A DNA stretch of 64,000 bases, taken from the NCBI GenBank assembly GCA_951406725.2, contig OX597827.1:4588001-4652000 (forward strand), read 5' to 3'. A program made the position numbers and the translations under genes. Under the pieces are notes generated by a model. That model saw only the letters and a program-made list of their open reading frames with translations. It searched no databases and had not been told where the DNA came from. Positions 1 through 14,480 of this stretch are shown here, one piece after another; position 1 is the first letter of the stretch, and every line of letters starts with the position of its first letter. This DNA is from Octopus vulgaris. Its lineage: Eukaryota.

Positions 1-222
1 CACAAGGGTGTGCTGTAGAGTTCCTGGCTTTAAAGGTTTTGCAAAAGGCCTAGTTGCAGGCCCAACCTTCTGAGTTCTTTTTACAGGGCTATGAAAAAAT
101 GAAGGACCACTGCAATAAGTGTGTGAATCTGAGAGGAGAATATGTTGATTAAAATTCTAATTAACTGATCCTCCGGTATTTTCTTTTACTGAAAGCCAGG
201 AATTTTTCAGCACCCACTTGTG
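1..222. mobile_element. Tc1/mariner-type MITE
   Basis: ~30-bp imperfect TIRs cacaagggtgtgctgtagagttcctggcttt / aaagccaggaatttttcagcacccacttgtg. Confidence 0.6.
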
Positions 223-631
223 TGTGTGTACATACATATATACATCCAGAAGCTTTTCAACAGCCCCTTGTGTTTGTGTGCGTGTATATATATATATATG
301 TATATGAATATATATATATATATATATATCCGGCAACCTTGGGACCAGAGGTGGTCCAGATTTCTGGACACAGAAAATATAAAATAAACAATGAAAAGTA
401 AAGAACAAAATTGTATAACATATACAAGTTAATACATTTCTAAAGCAAGATCTGTTTGGTCCCAGCTTTATGGGACTCATACACCACGGGAACCAAAACA
501 AAGTGGCCACTTGGCAAACTACTACAGCCTGCAAAATTCGAAGCTAGCCGGTTTAAAAAATAGCTGGATTTCTGGATTCTGGATAAGAGATTTGGTACCT
601 GTATGTATATATATATGTATGTATGTATATA

Positions 632-1037
632 TGTGCCGGTGGCACATAAAAAGCACCATCCGAACGTGACCGATGCCAACCCTGCCTCAAATGGCTTCTG
701 TGCCGGTGGCACATAAAAAGCACCATCCGAACGTGGCCGATGCCAGCACCGCCTTGACTGGCTTCTGTGCTGTTGGCACATAAAAAAGCACCAACCGATC
801 GTGGCCGATGCCAGACCCCTCTGGCACCTGTGCAGGTGGCACGTAAAAAGCACCCACTACACTCGCGGAGTGGTTGGCGTTAGGAAGGGCATCCAGCTGT
901 AGAAACACTGCCAGATCAGACTGGAGCCTGGAGCAGCCCCTGGCTCCCCAGACCCTGGCTCCCCAGACCCTGGTCGAACCGTCCAACCCGTGCTAGCGCG
1001 GAAAACGGACGTTAAACGATGATGATGATGATGATGA
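632..1037 (+). mobile_element. RTE LINE 3' UTR copy with four tandem ~60-70-bp units
   Basis: Repeated gtgccggtggcac(a/g)taaaaagcacc units, then ggagtggttggcgttaggaagggcatccagctgtagaaac and a (gat)n tail. More decayed copies at ~6290-6540(+), 8400-8650(-), 9690-9940(+), 44875-45180(-) and 59560-59735(+). Confidence 0.85.
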
Positions 1038-1899
1038 TATATATATATATATATATATATATCCATTGTACCATGCTTTTTAGTGCTAAAGTTACTTACT
1101 CTTCGTTCAAACCCATGAAGAATTAGATGTTTGGTTAAAAAAGTCAAGCATGATGAAATGAAGCTAGATCACATATTGGACTTAAAATCTGATTTAGAAC
1201 AGCATGAAAATAAATATCATGAGCCTAACAATTTATAATTTGACCGGAACTCAGTATACATTATCCAATAAAGTTGATTGTTATTTTAACTATTGTGCTT
1301 TTATAGTGTGTTCCAAGGGTTTCTCTTGTCCTTCTAAAACTCTACAACCTTTCTTTATCTATTGGCCTGGAAGCCTGCAACAGGAAGGCTACCACTCATA
1401 TGTTGCCATTTGCTTACTGCTTTCACTTCAGACATATTAAAATCATTAGAAACGATCATAAGCAATAACCTTTTTCTTTTATTAATGTCTTTTTCCAATC
1501 ATTGATAACCAGTTGGAACTACTTCACTTTTTTGTTACTCAGTGGTAGTTTCTAGTTCTTAATATTAGCAATAAGCAATGCTATTTGCAATCACTTGCAA
1601 ATCTCTTAGCAAAGCTGCTCATGCGTAGGCTCCACCAGTTACTGTTTGCCTGAATGGAGTGCTTCTGATCAGATTGGTCCATTATAGTCCATGTCGACCT
1701 TATTCTACCAATCCAAGTGATTGATCTTCAAATCTTTGTTATTTTTAATCCTTTTCTATATGAATAACCTACTTGCTGTTGCAACTAATCACAAACATTC
1801 ACATTTAAATGACACCATCTACATTTTTCTTTCAGTTGTCAATATTTTTCACTAATCCATGAGGAATTTCACACTTTTCACCAAATCTAACATTCTCTA

Positions 1900-2430
1900 T
1901 AAACTTCCTGGAAATGTTATTGACTATTTGGTCTTTTTCAATAGTCCCAAAGTCAGATAATACATCTTAAAAATTTATCACTACCACTATATTTTGTCTA
2001 TTACACTTTTGTTAATTTTTCCATAACAAATGGGTGCATTTAAGTCACACAATCTTTGTTGAGTCGCCATGGTAATTGGACATAATCTTTGGTGATGTTT
2101 CATGACAATATTTAGCTCCTATAATCTTTAATAACTTTCATAGCAACAAGGCACATTTAGGCTTCATGATCTTTGCTTGATTTCCATAGTAAGTAGACAC
2201 TTATGTTCCACAATCTTTGGTAACAACCATGCATTTACAGTTCAGTTTTTACTTTCCATGATAAAGTACCTGTTTCACAAGGAATGCTTTATAAAGCTTT
2301 TGTTTCCTTTTCATGACCAAAGACCTCAAAATTGTAAATCAACCATTAGTTACATTTAGAACAAAAATAACGTATATGCCCAGATCTTTATGAAAATACC
2401 TGCTCCATGTTGCTGCCAAAGGAAGTCATT
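1900..2430 (-). mobile_element. Possible Mutator-like transposase fossil
   Basis: Minus-strand fragments EHKC..YGNQAKIMKPKCALLL...GAKY...GDS resemble the HxC-N-GSSxAME...Y...DGDS block of Mutator-like transposases. Very degenerate. Confidence 0.3.
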
Positions 2431-3051
2431 CACTTTATTAGCAAGTCTTCACCTTATAAGCATCAAGCCCTATCTTTTCTACGACTTTGAACATTCTAAG
2501 AGTGTATTTTTGTCACCTAAATTGACTTAATGCATATTCTCTTGCCTTTCTTCTCTTTCCGCACTTCATACTCCAATATTACTTTATCTAATTCTTTTCT
2601 TGACTGCATCTCTGGAGTTCATTCCTACTCATCTATTTCCCTCTGTAACTAACCTACATTTTTTTCAAACTGAATGTCAACCATATTAAACTAATCCAGT
2701 TCCCATTACCCACCATAGTCAAGAATCTAATAATCTTTAAACATTAATCTTTAAACACAACCTGTTCTCAGATTAATGATTAGATAAATTACTTGTATTA
2801 ATAGTCTCTACATATTTCTGTTATCATCACAAATACACTTTAAGCACTTTTATTTATGAATTGATATCAATTCAAATCTTTCTCAAGTTAATTTAGTTTT
2901 TCTTCCCATTTGATTGATAAAGAAAATATCTGTTATATATTGAGATTGATTAAATCAACTATGACCCTGCTGTATAAAAGATAAAATCATTAATTAGTTT
3001 TGTTCTGCATTGAAACCAGTCAAAATTTCAAAGAAAATTTTCCTCACTTAC

Positions 3052-3220
3052 CAGGTAAAGTTTCATAGTGAGCAGTACTTGCTTCACTGCAGCCATGTCC
3101 ACTGTCAGTTACAGAAGACATCGTTGACATCTCACTGAAACGGTCAGGGGACATAACCATATGTTGTTGATCTTTACCAATAACACGGGTCACTGAGAAA
3201 TCTGGAGGGTTACCTTGTAT
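3052..3220 (-). CDS. Protocadherin cytoplasmic-domain exon (IQGNPPDF...SSVTDSGHGCSEASTAHYETLP)
   Basis: Long polypyrimidine tract ending caccag| at 3221. Open phase-0 frame matches the phase-0 donor at 23501. Ends G|gtaagt (phase 1). Encodes the Ser-rich DSGHG motif typical of protocadherin tails. Linkage to the large exon is inferred, not shown by transcript. Confidence 0.85.
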
Positions 3221-5371
3221 CTGGTGAAGTTGCAAAAAAGAAAAAAAAGGAGAAAGGAAAAATAAACAAAAGTCTGAAAAAAAATCTATTCTATTTATAT
3301 AATTTAAATGAGCATATTTAACTAAATAGCTACTTTCATTTTACTTTTATATTTTATATTTCAATAATTGCTGTCAAATACCATTATTTTTTTAAAGATA
3401 GCAATACAAAGGCAGAAAACATATTTTACAAAAACCAAAATTCAAATTCAAGTGTTTTGAGAAAAAATTTTCCCAAAATGTGTTTCTGCATTTTCACAAT
3501 CATGACAGGTTATAGATTGACATGTTACCACAAATGTTACAGTATATATTCTAACTTAATTCATTCCTTATGATAAACCCATTTCTCAATTTATATTTCC
3601 AAAAGAAAAAAGACAAGCAAAAAATAGCATAAATGATAAATACATGCTGTTAATCATTTTTCAATTAGATTTCCTAAAGTGTTAATTTCTAGCTACTAGA
3701 AAAATGACCAAGTATCTTGACTTATTTTTCAACTCATGGAAAAGGGATGCAAGCTGGTTTGAGTCTATCAAACTAACAAGCAGCAATGGAAATCCTTGAG
3801 AAGCTATAACAAAACAGTATATCATTCCATACTGGCTTAAATTCAGGTACAAATACTGTTTCTAAATTACTGATGTTTATGCAACAAGGTCCAGCTTTCA
3901 GATTGTTACAGTAGAACTGTTGATCCCAATTTCATTGCAGTCTCAAAATCTGGGCACATTCATTACTTGGCAATGGTGTTTCTAGCATAGCTGATTACAA
4001 CTTGTTTTACAAAAAACATTTTAATTGCCAAGTAGGATTCTGTGATGATCCTTCAGCATATCCTCAATTCAATTTGGGCTGCATGCAAAGCATAAGTTCC
4101 TCGTAATTTGTTGGAAATCCAAAAGCACAATTTGGGAGATTACAGCAGTCTGCCTTACCAGAAAAAAAAAACAACAAGATGCTGAACAGGAATACAGATT
4201 ATATAGAACAGAAAATAGAAAATGGTACTAATGTGTGTCCAAACATTCAAACAGGTGACTAAAAGACAATGCATAATAACTGACATAGGTAGTAAAGAGC
4301 TCTGGAAATCTGTACAATTGAAACAGAGGTGACATTATCTAGTTGACCCTCTACACAATTTCCACACTAGTAAGACTACTGATAGTCCCAAAGGGTCAGA
4401 AGAGCTTATTGCTGAATGCTATTCTGGCATTTTTGCTGTGGAAATCTAAGTGTAACATCTTCACTGACATTCAATTCCCTATCTCTGGTGTTGAAGGTGT
4501 TACTTATCTACTTCTCAAATATGGTAGCCTCTTTCTACTGCACTAGCTTTTACTCCTTTTCCAATTCTACCTTAATAACTGCATTACCTCAGAACAGTAG
4601 AAGATTATCAGCATTAATCCCCTGTTCAAAAAGGGTGATCACACATCACCTGTCTGTTATTGTCAAACCAGTCTCACTAGCTATGTCACTAAGTTGAGGG
4701 AGCCCTGTGTCAGAGAAGCTGTCCAGAGATGTGCAGACAGATGAATTCTCTTTATCAGTCACTTACCATATAGCTTGAACATCTTGCTTCTCTGAGCATC
4801 ATTATACTGAAGCTTTGACACTTAGCAGCTGACTTTGTAGGAGCCCACAAGACTATCCACCCTCTTTTCAGCAACAACTTGGGCCACCTTTTTGAATGTA
4901 ATATTTCTACCAGCTGTGGATTAATTTATAATCTAAATCTAAAAACCGGCACAGCGCCCATGACTTTTAGAACCATTTTTTTGTAATCAGAATTGTTAAG
5001 TATGGAATAAACTACTCACAGTGGCTGTCTGCTGTCAGAGCATTAGGATACTATCCTTCAAACATTCCATGCTTCCTGATATTTGTCAAACTACTCTTGA
5101 CACCCCTATGCAACCCTTCCTTTTTATGGATCTTTTACTATTCATTTTGCTGTCCCTTTGTGTTGCATTCTGTTTACTACATATATACTCTTGACTATTG
5201 TTGCTGTCTTTCTTTACTTGCTGTTATTTTCTGTCCCCTCTTATACTTTTTCTTACAATAAGTTGTTGTGCATCTGTATACTGTATGCCCATAATTATTA
5301 TTATTATTAAATATTTGTTAACTGACAACGAGAATCTCATGCTCTGAAATATTTGATTTTAACTTTTGATA

Positions 5372-5598
5372 TACTCTTTTACTCTTTTACTCTTTTACTT
5401 GTTTCAGTCATTTGACTGCGGCCATGCTGGAGCACCGCCTTTAGTCGAGCAAATCGACACCAGGACTTATTCTTTGTAAGCCCAGTACTTATTCTATCGG
5501 TCTCTTTTGCCGAACCGCTAAGTGACGGGGACGTAAACACACCAGCATCGGATGTCAAACAATGCTAGGGGGACAAACACAGACACACAAACATATAG

Positions 5599-5637
<39 letters not shown>

Positions 5638-5811
5638 CATATATACGACAGGCTTCTTTCAGTTTCCGTCTACCAAATCCACTCACAAGGCATTGGTCAG
5701 CCCGGGGCTATAGCAGAAGACACTTGCCCAAGATGCCACGCAGTGGGACTGAACCCGGAACCATGTGGTTGGTTAGCAAGCTACTTACCACACAGCCACT
5801 CCTGCACCTAT
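5372..5811 (-). mobile_element. tRNA-derived SINE family A, full length
   Basis: Head ggagtggctgtgtggtaag...ggttcagtccc (A/B boxes), CORE-like cttgggcaagtg, internal (TA)/(TG) tract and (agtaaaag)n tail. Multiple near-identical copies. Confidence 0.9.
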
Positions 5812-7829
5812 ATATTTTATTATCTTTAACATTATTTCCTATTGTCATTAAGCAGCAATAGATAGAAACCCTTTCTAATACAGCAGTAATAGCACTTCAA
5901 GTTAGCAGCATATTCATTTGGTATATCTCAGTATTTGCAGCTTTTGCATGCATTTCTTTACTAATCCTTAACATTTGTCTTCAGTTTGGAAATATTTACA
6001 AGGTTACAATTTGAGTCAACAGTTTTATATGCTGGACATTCAAAATGTAAGAGAAATGTGTTTTCTTTAAATTGCTGAAGTTTTGTTACTTTAACTGCTG
6101 GTTGATCTTTGCTATTTTGTGGAAATATGTTATTTACTAACTATGTGTAGCTGCACTAGGTTTTATTAAGGTAAAATCTTCATCAGTCCATGCTTCCCAG
6201 GAATGCTATAATATTACCCAATTTCTGTTCCTTTTAGAAAATTATGTTATTTTGGTAGAGTTCAGTAATTTGACAAGGCAGTGACCAAGACTTTTGGCAT
6301 TATGTTATGCTTGAGAAGAAGACCGATCAAGCCAAGCAAAATTGCAGTTGTGACAGATACCGGTGTCACGCAAGTGGCATCCAAACTGGTGGAACTTAAA
6401 AGCACCCATTACACTCTCAGAGTGGTTGGCATTAGGAAAGGCATCCAGCTGTAGAAAACCATGCCAAATCAGGCTGGAGCATGGCACAGCCTTCCAGTGT
6501 GACAGCCCAGTCAAACCATTCAATTCATGCCAGCATGGACTATATGTTCTGTTCAGGTGACTTGTATATGTTATTGGCTGAGGTAAGGTAATCCCAAAAT
6601 GACTGCTGCTGCTGCTGCTGCTGCTGCTGGATATGCTCAGATTTAATAGCCTTTATCAAGAATATCAATCAAGAGGTGAATGACATAAATGTAAAAGCAA
6701 ATATGGCAAAATATGAGGTGTAGCTTTTCACCTTTTTAAACCACCCTATAAATCTAATGATAAAACATCTGTATGAATCACCCTCTACTTTATTGTTTGA
6801 AGTCTTGGTTTCAGAAATGAGGAAGCACATGCGTGCATGCACACACATGCACACACACACACTCTCTCTCTCTTTTTCTTTCTCTCTCATCATCATCATC
6901 ACCTGTCGATTGATAAATCTAAGCTAAAAAAATTATTATTTTGTTTGAATTAGCCCCAAATCCTTAATGTATTTTGGTAGTATTAACAGTGTCAGACAAA
7001 ATGCTTTGTAGAATGTACTTTTGGCCCTTTTCATTCTGAGTTTAAATCCTGTTGAGGTTGACTTTGCACTTTGTCCTTCTGAAGTCAATGAAACAAAGTA
7101 CCAGTCAAATACTGGGTTGATTTATGAGACTATATTATATTTTAGGCATTGTGTCTATGGTTGAAATCAATATATTCATAGCAGGATGATTTTTAAAGAT
7201 AACCTCTTAAGTGTATTGAACAAAATAAAGTGAATTATATGAATTTTTCTTCAGTATAACATGAATTCAAATATTGCTTTCAGATAGAATATGTCCCTAG
7301 AATAAGTCAATTTATATTACCTACTAATAATATTCACATATATTTCAAAATTTGTCTGCTATTCTTTAAAAGCATCGGCAATTTGCCTACAACTTGCCTA
7401 AAAATTACTTTCAAATACTTTTACCAAATCGTTTTCAATTATCTCTTATCCAGTACTACCAAGAAGTGGTTAGAAGAAAAGATACGTAATAACTCTAAAT
7501 TATAGGAATCTTTGCAAATGACTGTGACAAAGTCTCTTTCAGATTCAAACTTAAGAAACAAATTAAAAACATTTCTCTTTCTGATACAAAATACTATGTT
7601 CTAAAGCTAATTTTCTTATGCTTTGAATAGGTGACACTTTCTTTGACAATACTTTTGGACACTATACCAGTATTAAATGTGTGTGTGTGTATATATGTAT
7701 AAATATATAAATATGTATGCATATTTATACATACATATATATATCTTTACATATACAAACACACAACACACATATTAATCACATATATGCATATAAAGGT
7801 ATATGCATATTTATACAAATATGCACACA

Positions 7830-7973
<144 letters not shown>

Positions 7974-8753
7974 TATATAAATACACACACGCACATATAA
8001 ATATAAATATATATATTGCATAACTTTTGTATGTAACATGAAATTAATTGTGTTAGTTTACCATAACGTTTGTAACAGTGATTTGACTTCTCTTTTTCTC
8101 AATTAAAATTATTGTTATACACCCAGTAAGACTACAATACACCTATTTTGAAACACATGCTCTTCTAATAACTGACTGCAATATAGCCAATCATTCTTTG
8201 ATTACTGAAAAGGGTGTACCTTTCACACAGCTATTAAAAGTCTTTGCTAGAAAGGTCCTTCATGAAGTGTTACTGAGATCATTGCCTGGATTTCATTGTC
8301 CTCTGTCTTACACACACATACATGCATGCACACACACACATGCATGCACACACACACATGCATGCACACACACATGTATGTAAATGTATCTTTACATGCA
8401 TCATCATCAATTAACATTTCTTTTCCATGCCGACAGGTGTTGGGTGGTTTGACAGTGACTGACAGGTCAGAGGCCATGTTCCAATGACAGCTTTGGCATA
8501 GCTTTCTGCGGGTGGACGTCCTTTATAATATAAACCTCTTTATAGTGTATACTGGGTGATTTTTTTATCTTGCTTTTTTTTTTCTTTTGTGGCTTAAGCA
8601 CTAGTGAAGTCCCCAAGTACGTGTAACACAAGACCTTTCGACTAAGCTGGGTAGATATTGAGGGGTGCAAAATTATGAGTGATTGGAACATCTGTCTTGC
8701 TGAAGAGGTGAATACATGATGTACATATGAATATAAATACACGTACATAAGCA

Positions 8754-8796
<43 letters not shown>

Positions 8797-9084
8797 TTCT
8801 CTTCCTGGGATGAAATGAAATATTGAAGGCTGATCTCAAGACACTGAGCCTTACGAAGGAGATGACAAAGGACTGTGATATCTGGTAGCTTGAGATACTC
8901 ATGAAAATTTGTCCACCACTGCAGAACTGATAACCTAAAACCAACTTGGTAATGCTTGTCTGTGAGGTCTCTTCCCCACCCCTCCTTCATCCTCTCTGCC
9001 CCATAAACCTTTTCTTCTCATATTTCATCCCATAACAACCATCTCCTCTCTATCACCTGAGAGCAGAATAGGCATATACTGCAT

Positions 9085-9317
9085 ACCTATTTCTTTACTA
9101 CCCACAAGGGGCTAAACACAGAGGAGACAAACAAGGACAGACAAACGAATTAAGTCGATTACATCGACCCCAGTGCGTAACTGGTACTTATTTCATCGAC
9201 CCCGAAAGGATGAAAGGCAAAGTCGACCTCGGCGGAATTTGAACTCAGAACATAACTGCAGACGAAATACTGGAAAGCATTTCGCCCGGCGTGCTAACGT
9301 TTCTGCAATCATGCCGC
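9085..9317 (-). mobile_element. tRNA-derived SINE family B
   Basis: Minus strand ...gagttcaaattccgccgaggtcgactttgcctttcatcctttcggggtcgat (B box plus Nin/Deu-like central domain). Many copies. Confidence 0.88.
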
Positions 9318-12300
9318 TATTACTTTTCTCATAGGCATATACTGCATACCCCTCCACTGCTTTCTTGGTTGCCTTCCCCCCCCCCGCCTCGAACCACTTC
9401 CCTCATTTGCTACAGTCATTTCTGTCCTGCCCATTCACCCAGTCCAAACATCCATATCACTTCACCTATTCTCATCAAACCAATGTCACTAGAAGGCATG
9501 TCCCAACACATCTTTACCATCATCCCTCCCACTATTGCTCTCTTTATCTTCCTCTTTGACTCACTCTGATTTTCTACTGGGGTATGCATGTGTCTACTCT
9601 ACAAGACATCTATCTCTCTACTGCTATACCTTTAATCTCTCAAATGGCATGAAGCCAGATCCCACTGATTACTCCTACCTTCTCCCAGTTGAGGTGATTT
9701 TGTTTTGCAAGGTATTCTTGGTGATCCTGTCAGTGCAGGTATCACATGAAAAAACACCAGTGCTGGTGCCATGTAAAAAGCACCGCATATACTCTGCAAA
9801 GTGATTGACTTTGGGAAGAGCATCAAGCTGTACAAAACATGCTAAAACAGACAACAGAGCCTGGTACATCTTTTGGCCTTGCCAACTCCTGTTAAACCGT
9901 CTAACCCAGCATGGAAAAGCAGATGTTGAATAATTATGATTGATATATAGATACAAACATACACACATATATCTGTACATGCATGTACATATACATGTAT
10001 TTTTACACACAAACAGGCATATATACACATACCTACATAAACGTGTATATATACATAGGTACATACAAATACATATATTTTTACACGTATATATGGCTTC
10101 TAGGAAGCCATAGGATGTTGTACAAGCACTCAGCTCTGAGTGCACTACTTATAAAGGAAAGAGCTGTAAGCTAATGGCTTTTACAGAGCTCCTATTCTTT
10201 TCTCATTCATTAAATGATATATATATATTTATTAAGGCAGTACTTCAGCATGGCCGCAGTCAAATGAAAAAAACAAGTAAAAGAGTAAAAGAATATATAT
10301 ATATATATATATATTTGCTAGGAGACACAAGCACTTACACATGTACACACGCAACTATAACTTCCACCTGCCAAATTCAATCACAATTCAGCTGGCTTGA
10401 GGCTATAGCAGAAGACACTTGCCCAAGGTGCCACGCAGTGGGACTGAACTCAAAGCCATGTAGCTGGGAAGCAAGCTTCCTAACCATACAGCCAAGCTTG
10501 CACCTACAAGTATGTATATATATATATATATGAAGAAAGCATGCTGGGAGAATTGCTAGCATGCTGGGCAAAATGTTTTGTGGTTTTTCATCTGTCTTTA
10601 TGTTCTGAGTTCTGCCAATTTTGGCTTTGCTTTTTATTCTTTTGGAGTCAATAAAATAAGTCTCAGTTGAGCACTGGGCCTAATGTAGCTGACTGACTTC
10701 CTTACCTCCCCCCCCAAATTGCTGGCCTTGCCTCAAAATTTAAAACCTATATGTACATATATATATAATCTCATTTAATGTATAAAGACATCAGCTACTG
10801 ATAGTTTCATGCACTGGAGAGGCAAGTCTAAGCAAGATTTTATAGTACACCTTGTATCTCCAAGCAATGTTTAGGCTCTGAAGCACATGGTCTATTCAAT
10901 TTACAAATCAGGACACTGGAACAAAAGTCACAATAAAAAACATGAAGAAAGCTAGATGCAAAAACTTAGAAGGGTGAAAAAAATGGAAAAGGAAAATAAA
11001 GAAAATTAGTAATGCCCCCTTTGACCATAACACCAAAATAAAGCTACTTAATGTAGAATAATTCAATGGAGAGAGTCCAAAATCTGTGAGACAGCTGCTC
11101 ATTCCAAAGTGGGTAGTGTCTTACAATTCACCAAAAGAAATTTGTCCATAATTCAGTGTTTGCTGACAATTTCTCATCTGGAATTCTATAGTGTAGTGCA
11201 ATTCTTAGATGTTAGAAGAATATGCAATCTTTCAGCTACACATAACATATAGCATAGATTTCTCCATGATTCTCCACTTGTACATATATATGTACGCATG
11301 TATGTATAGATATATACGCATATGTATTTATACATGTATGTGTATATATTAAGTTGCCTGGAAAGTTCAGAGCATTATTTAATAGGCAAAAAGGGATATA
11401 AATAATTGACCTTTCAATAAATTTCATTCAATTAGGCAGTGGGCTGGTAGAAACATTAGCACGTTGGGCAAAATACTTAGCAGTATTTCACATGTCTTTA
11501 TGTTCTGAGTTCAAAGTCTGCCGAGGTCGACTTTGCCTTTCATCCTTTTGGGGGTTGATAAATTAAGTACCAGTTGCATACTGGGTTGATCTAATTGACA
11601 GGCCCTCTCCCTAAATATTTTGGGCCTTGTGCCTAGAGTAGAAAAGAATAAATTTTATTCAGTGAAATAATTTTCATTATTACTAATATCCCACTCTTGC
11701 TGATATTCCAAATTTACTTTCTTTGAACTTGGGGCTTCATGTAAAATTTCTTCATCTTAAAAATTATCAACATGGTATATTATTCAGACACTCATATATT
11801 ATTTTTAAGACTTTGTGATATTTTTAAAAAATGTATTTTGAGAAGTGAATTTATGGCTATTGCCCAGTAGGTATCAATAACACAAGCAGCAGCATTTTTG
11901 TTATTCTCTTAATAAAGTTGGTTCTCAAAGATATTGGCTGTATTGAGCAGAAATGATTTGACTGTGCAGTCCACTGCACACTGCTGTAAGTTGTGTGTTG
12001 AGGACGTAATGTCACAAAAAGAGGTAGTAAGTGGTGACTTCCTGTATATATGTAAGTAAATTTATTATTTAAGTTAGGCAGGTGTTCTCTGTTTATCTGA
12101 GATATACTCAGATAAACAGATAGAAAACTTGCACTAAATTTAGATAATGCTGTAATGATTTCTCACACAAAACTGTACCAATACAACGTATTTGGTGCAG
12201 AAAAACATGCTAGAGTGACATAGCATGCACCTGCATTTATGAAAATACATTTAGAAGTAAAACTATCAATAATTCTCTAAACATCCAAGTGAATAAAGAA

Positions 12301-12360
12301 GTAATGAGACTAAAATATTAAAAATAAATGAAGGTTATAATTTTATAATTTAGCTTAGAG

Positions 12361-12655
12361 CAGTGGTTCTCAATTGGGGTCCATGTAATACTTGCGGGTC
12401 CATGCAAGCAAAATAGTAAATTGGGGATCCACAGCAGTATTTTAAGGGTCCATGAAAAAAACTGTTACTTTGGATGTATTTATTGGAAGAAACAGCTTGG
12501 TTTCTTTCTCTAACATTTTACATAATTCAAACCACGCAAGTTAATGTGTGAGAAACAAAAATAGTAATTTTGAAAGAAGCATCTATAAAACTAGTTTTTA
12601 AACATCGAATAGTTATCAAAGAGGTCCATATGCAATAAATGGTTGAGAACCATTA
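12361..12655. mobile_element. hAT-type MITE
   Basis: TIRs cagtggttctcaa / ttgagaaccatta with a degenerate 8-bp TSD (gcttagag / gctttgaa). Confidence 0.7.
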
Positions 12656-12669
12656 GCTTTGAACAGAGA

Positions 12670-14480
12670 ACATAAAGAAAGGCAAAGTGCTGCTAAGCAC
12701 TTCGTCTGGCATGTTAATGATTCTGGCAACTCAATGCTTTAATTATGTTTTTACAGTTTTGACACAAGTCCAGCAATTTCAGGGCAGTGGGTTTAGTTGA
12801 TTACATCGACCTAACGACTCTAAAAGATGAATGGCAAAATTGACCTCAGCAGAATTTGAACTCAGAATGTAAAGATGGATGAAATGCCAGTAAGCATTTT
12901 GCCTGGCGCAGTACTGATTCTGCCAGCTTTGCCACCTTCACTGCCTCAATAATAATAATAATAATAATCCTTTCTACTATAGGTACAAGGACTGAAATTT
13001 TTTGGAAGGGAAATAGTCTATTACATCGACCCCAGTGTTTCACTGGTACTTAATTTATCTACCCCGAAAAGATGAAAGGCAAAATCGACCTTGGAGGAAT
13101 TTGGATTCAGAACCTAGTGGCAGATGAAATGCCACCAAACATTTCACTTGGCATGCTAAGGATTCTGCCAGCTCACCCCCTTCATAATAATAATGGTAAT
13201 AATAACAATCCTTTCTACTGAAAGCACAAGGCCACAAAGTTTGGAGAAGGGATTAAGTCGATTACATTGACCCCATTGTTTCACTGGTACTTTATTTATC
13301 GACCCTGAAAAGGATGAAAGGTAAAGTCAACCTTGGCAGAATTTGAACTCAGAAGGTAGCAGCAAACAAAATACCTATTTCTTTATTACCCACAAGGGGC
13401 TAAACATAGAGGGGACAAACAAGGACAGACATAGGTATTAAGTTGATTACATCGACCCCAGTGCGTAACTGGTACTTAATTTATCGACCCTGAAAGGATG
13501 AAAGGCAAAGTCGACCTCGGCGGAATTTGAACCCAGAACGTAGCGGCAGACAAAATACTGCTAAGCATTTCGCCCGGCGTGCAAACGTTTCTTGGCATGC
13601 TAATGATTCATCAGCTTGCCGCCTTAATAATTATGATAATGGTTTCTAATATTATCATAGGGGCTGAAATGCAAGGTGTGGTTATCAATTAAAGCAAGTC
13701 CAGTACATGATTGGTACTCTAACAATCCTGAAAAGATGAAAAGGAAAGTTGATCTTAGTAAGATTTGATTTCAGGGCAAAAAGGAATATAACTAAATACT
13801 ATCAGACACTTTGTTTGAAGCTCTACTGATTCTGTTATTTGTCTGCCTTAAAAAAGGTAGTTATGATTTCTGAAATTAGCATAATGTGAGAGGAAGGTAT
13901 TGTCAATTAAACTCTGACTCCCCAAAAACAGGTACTTATTTAATCAATCTCATAGAAATGGAAGATAGAGTTAACCCCAGGGAATTTGAAACTGAAAATA
14001 TAAAGGAACTTCGTTAAATATCATGAAGCACGCATTTTGTCAGTCAGAATAATTGATTAAATCAGTTCCAGTACTTGAGTAGTAATTATTTTAATGATTC
14101 TGATTTGATCTCAAAACATACAGAGATGTAACTAAATACTGCAAGGCATTAATACTGATTTTGCTATCCTTAATTTCAAATAATGTTAGAAATTATTTCT
14201 AACATTTGTACATTTTCAAAAAAGCAATATCGGTGAGTACTTGACTGCTATTTGTTTTATCAGCCCGGGAAGGATGAAAGGTAAAATCTTCTGCAGGATT
14301 TGGAATTATAATAATGATTTTTAACACAAGCAAAAGCTACAAATTTGGTGGGTAAGTTCAATACTTGACTAATACTTATTTTATCTACCATTGCAGGATT
14401 TGAATGCAAAATGTAAAGTGTTACCATTGTAAAGTATCTTTATCCGATTCACTACCAACTAATTCTGCCAATTTGTTGCT
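12670..14480 (-). mobile_element. Head-to-tail cluster of SINE family B copies separated by (AAT)n
   Basis: At least six same-orientation copies of varying decay; the youngest is at ~13372-13625. Confidence 0.85.

Noticed and set aside
632-860. Repeat-spacer-like array resembling CRISPR
   Set aside because: The spacers are themselves homologous, the context is eukaryotic and the unit belongs to an RTE LINE 3' UTR.
1-3050. Next (phase-1) protocadherin exon
   Set aside because: No convincing minus-strand acceptor plus open frame identified; probably outside the window.
5562-5861. Recurrent ORF 'MLGGQT...RQASFSFRLPNPLTRHW' (also 58449-58751, with frame variants at 26159 and 50937)
   Set aside because: Antisense translation of SINE family A, not a gene family.
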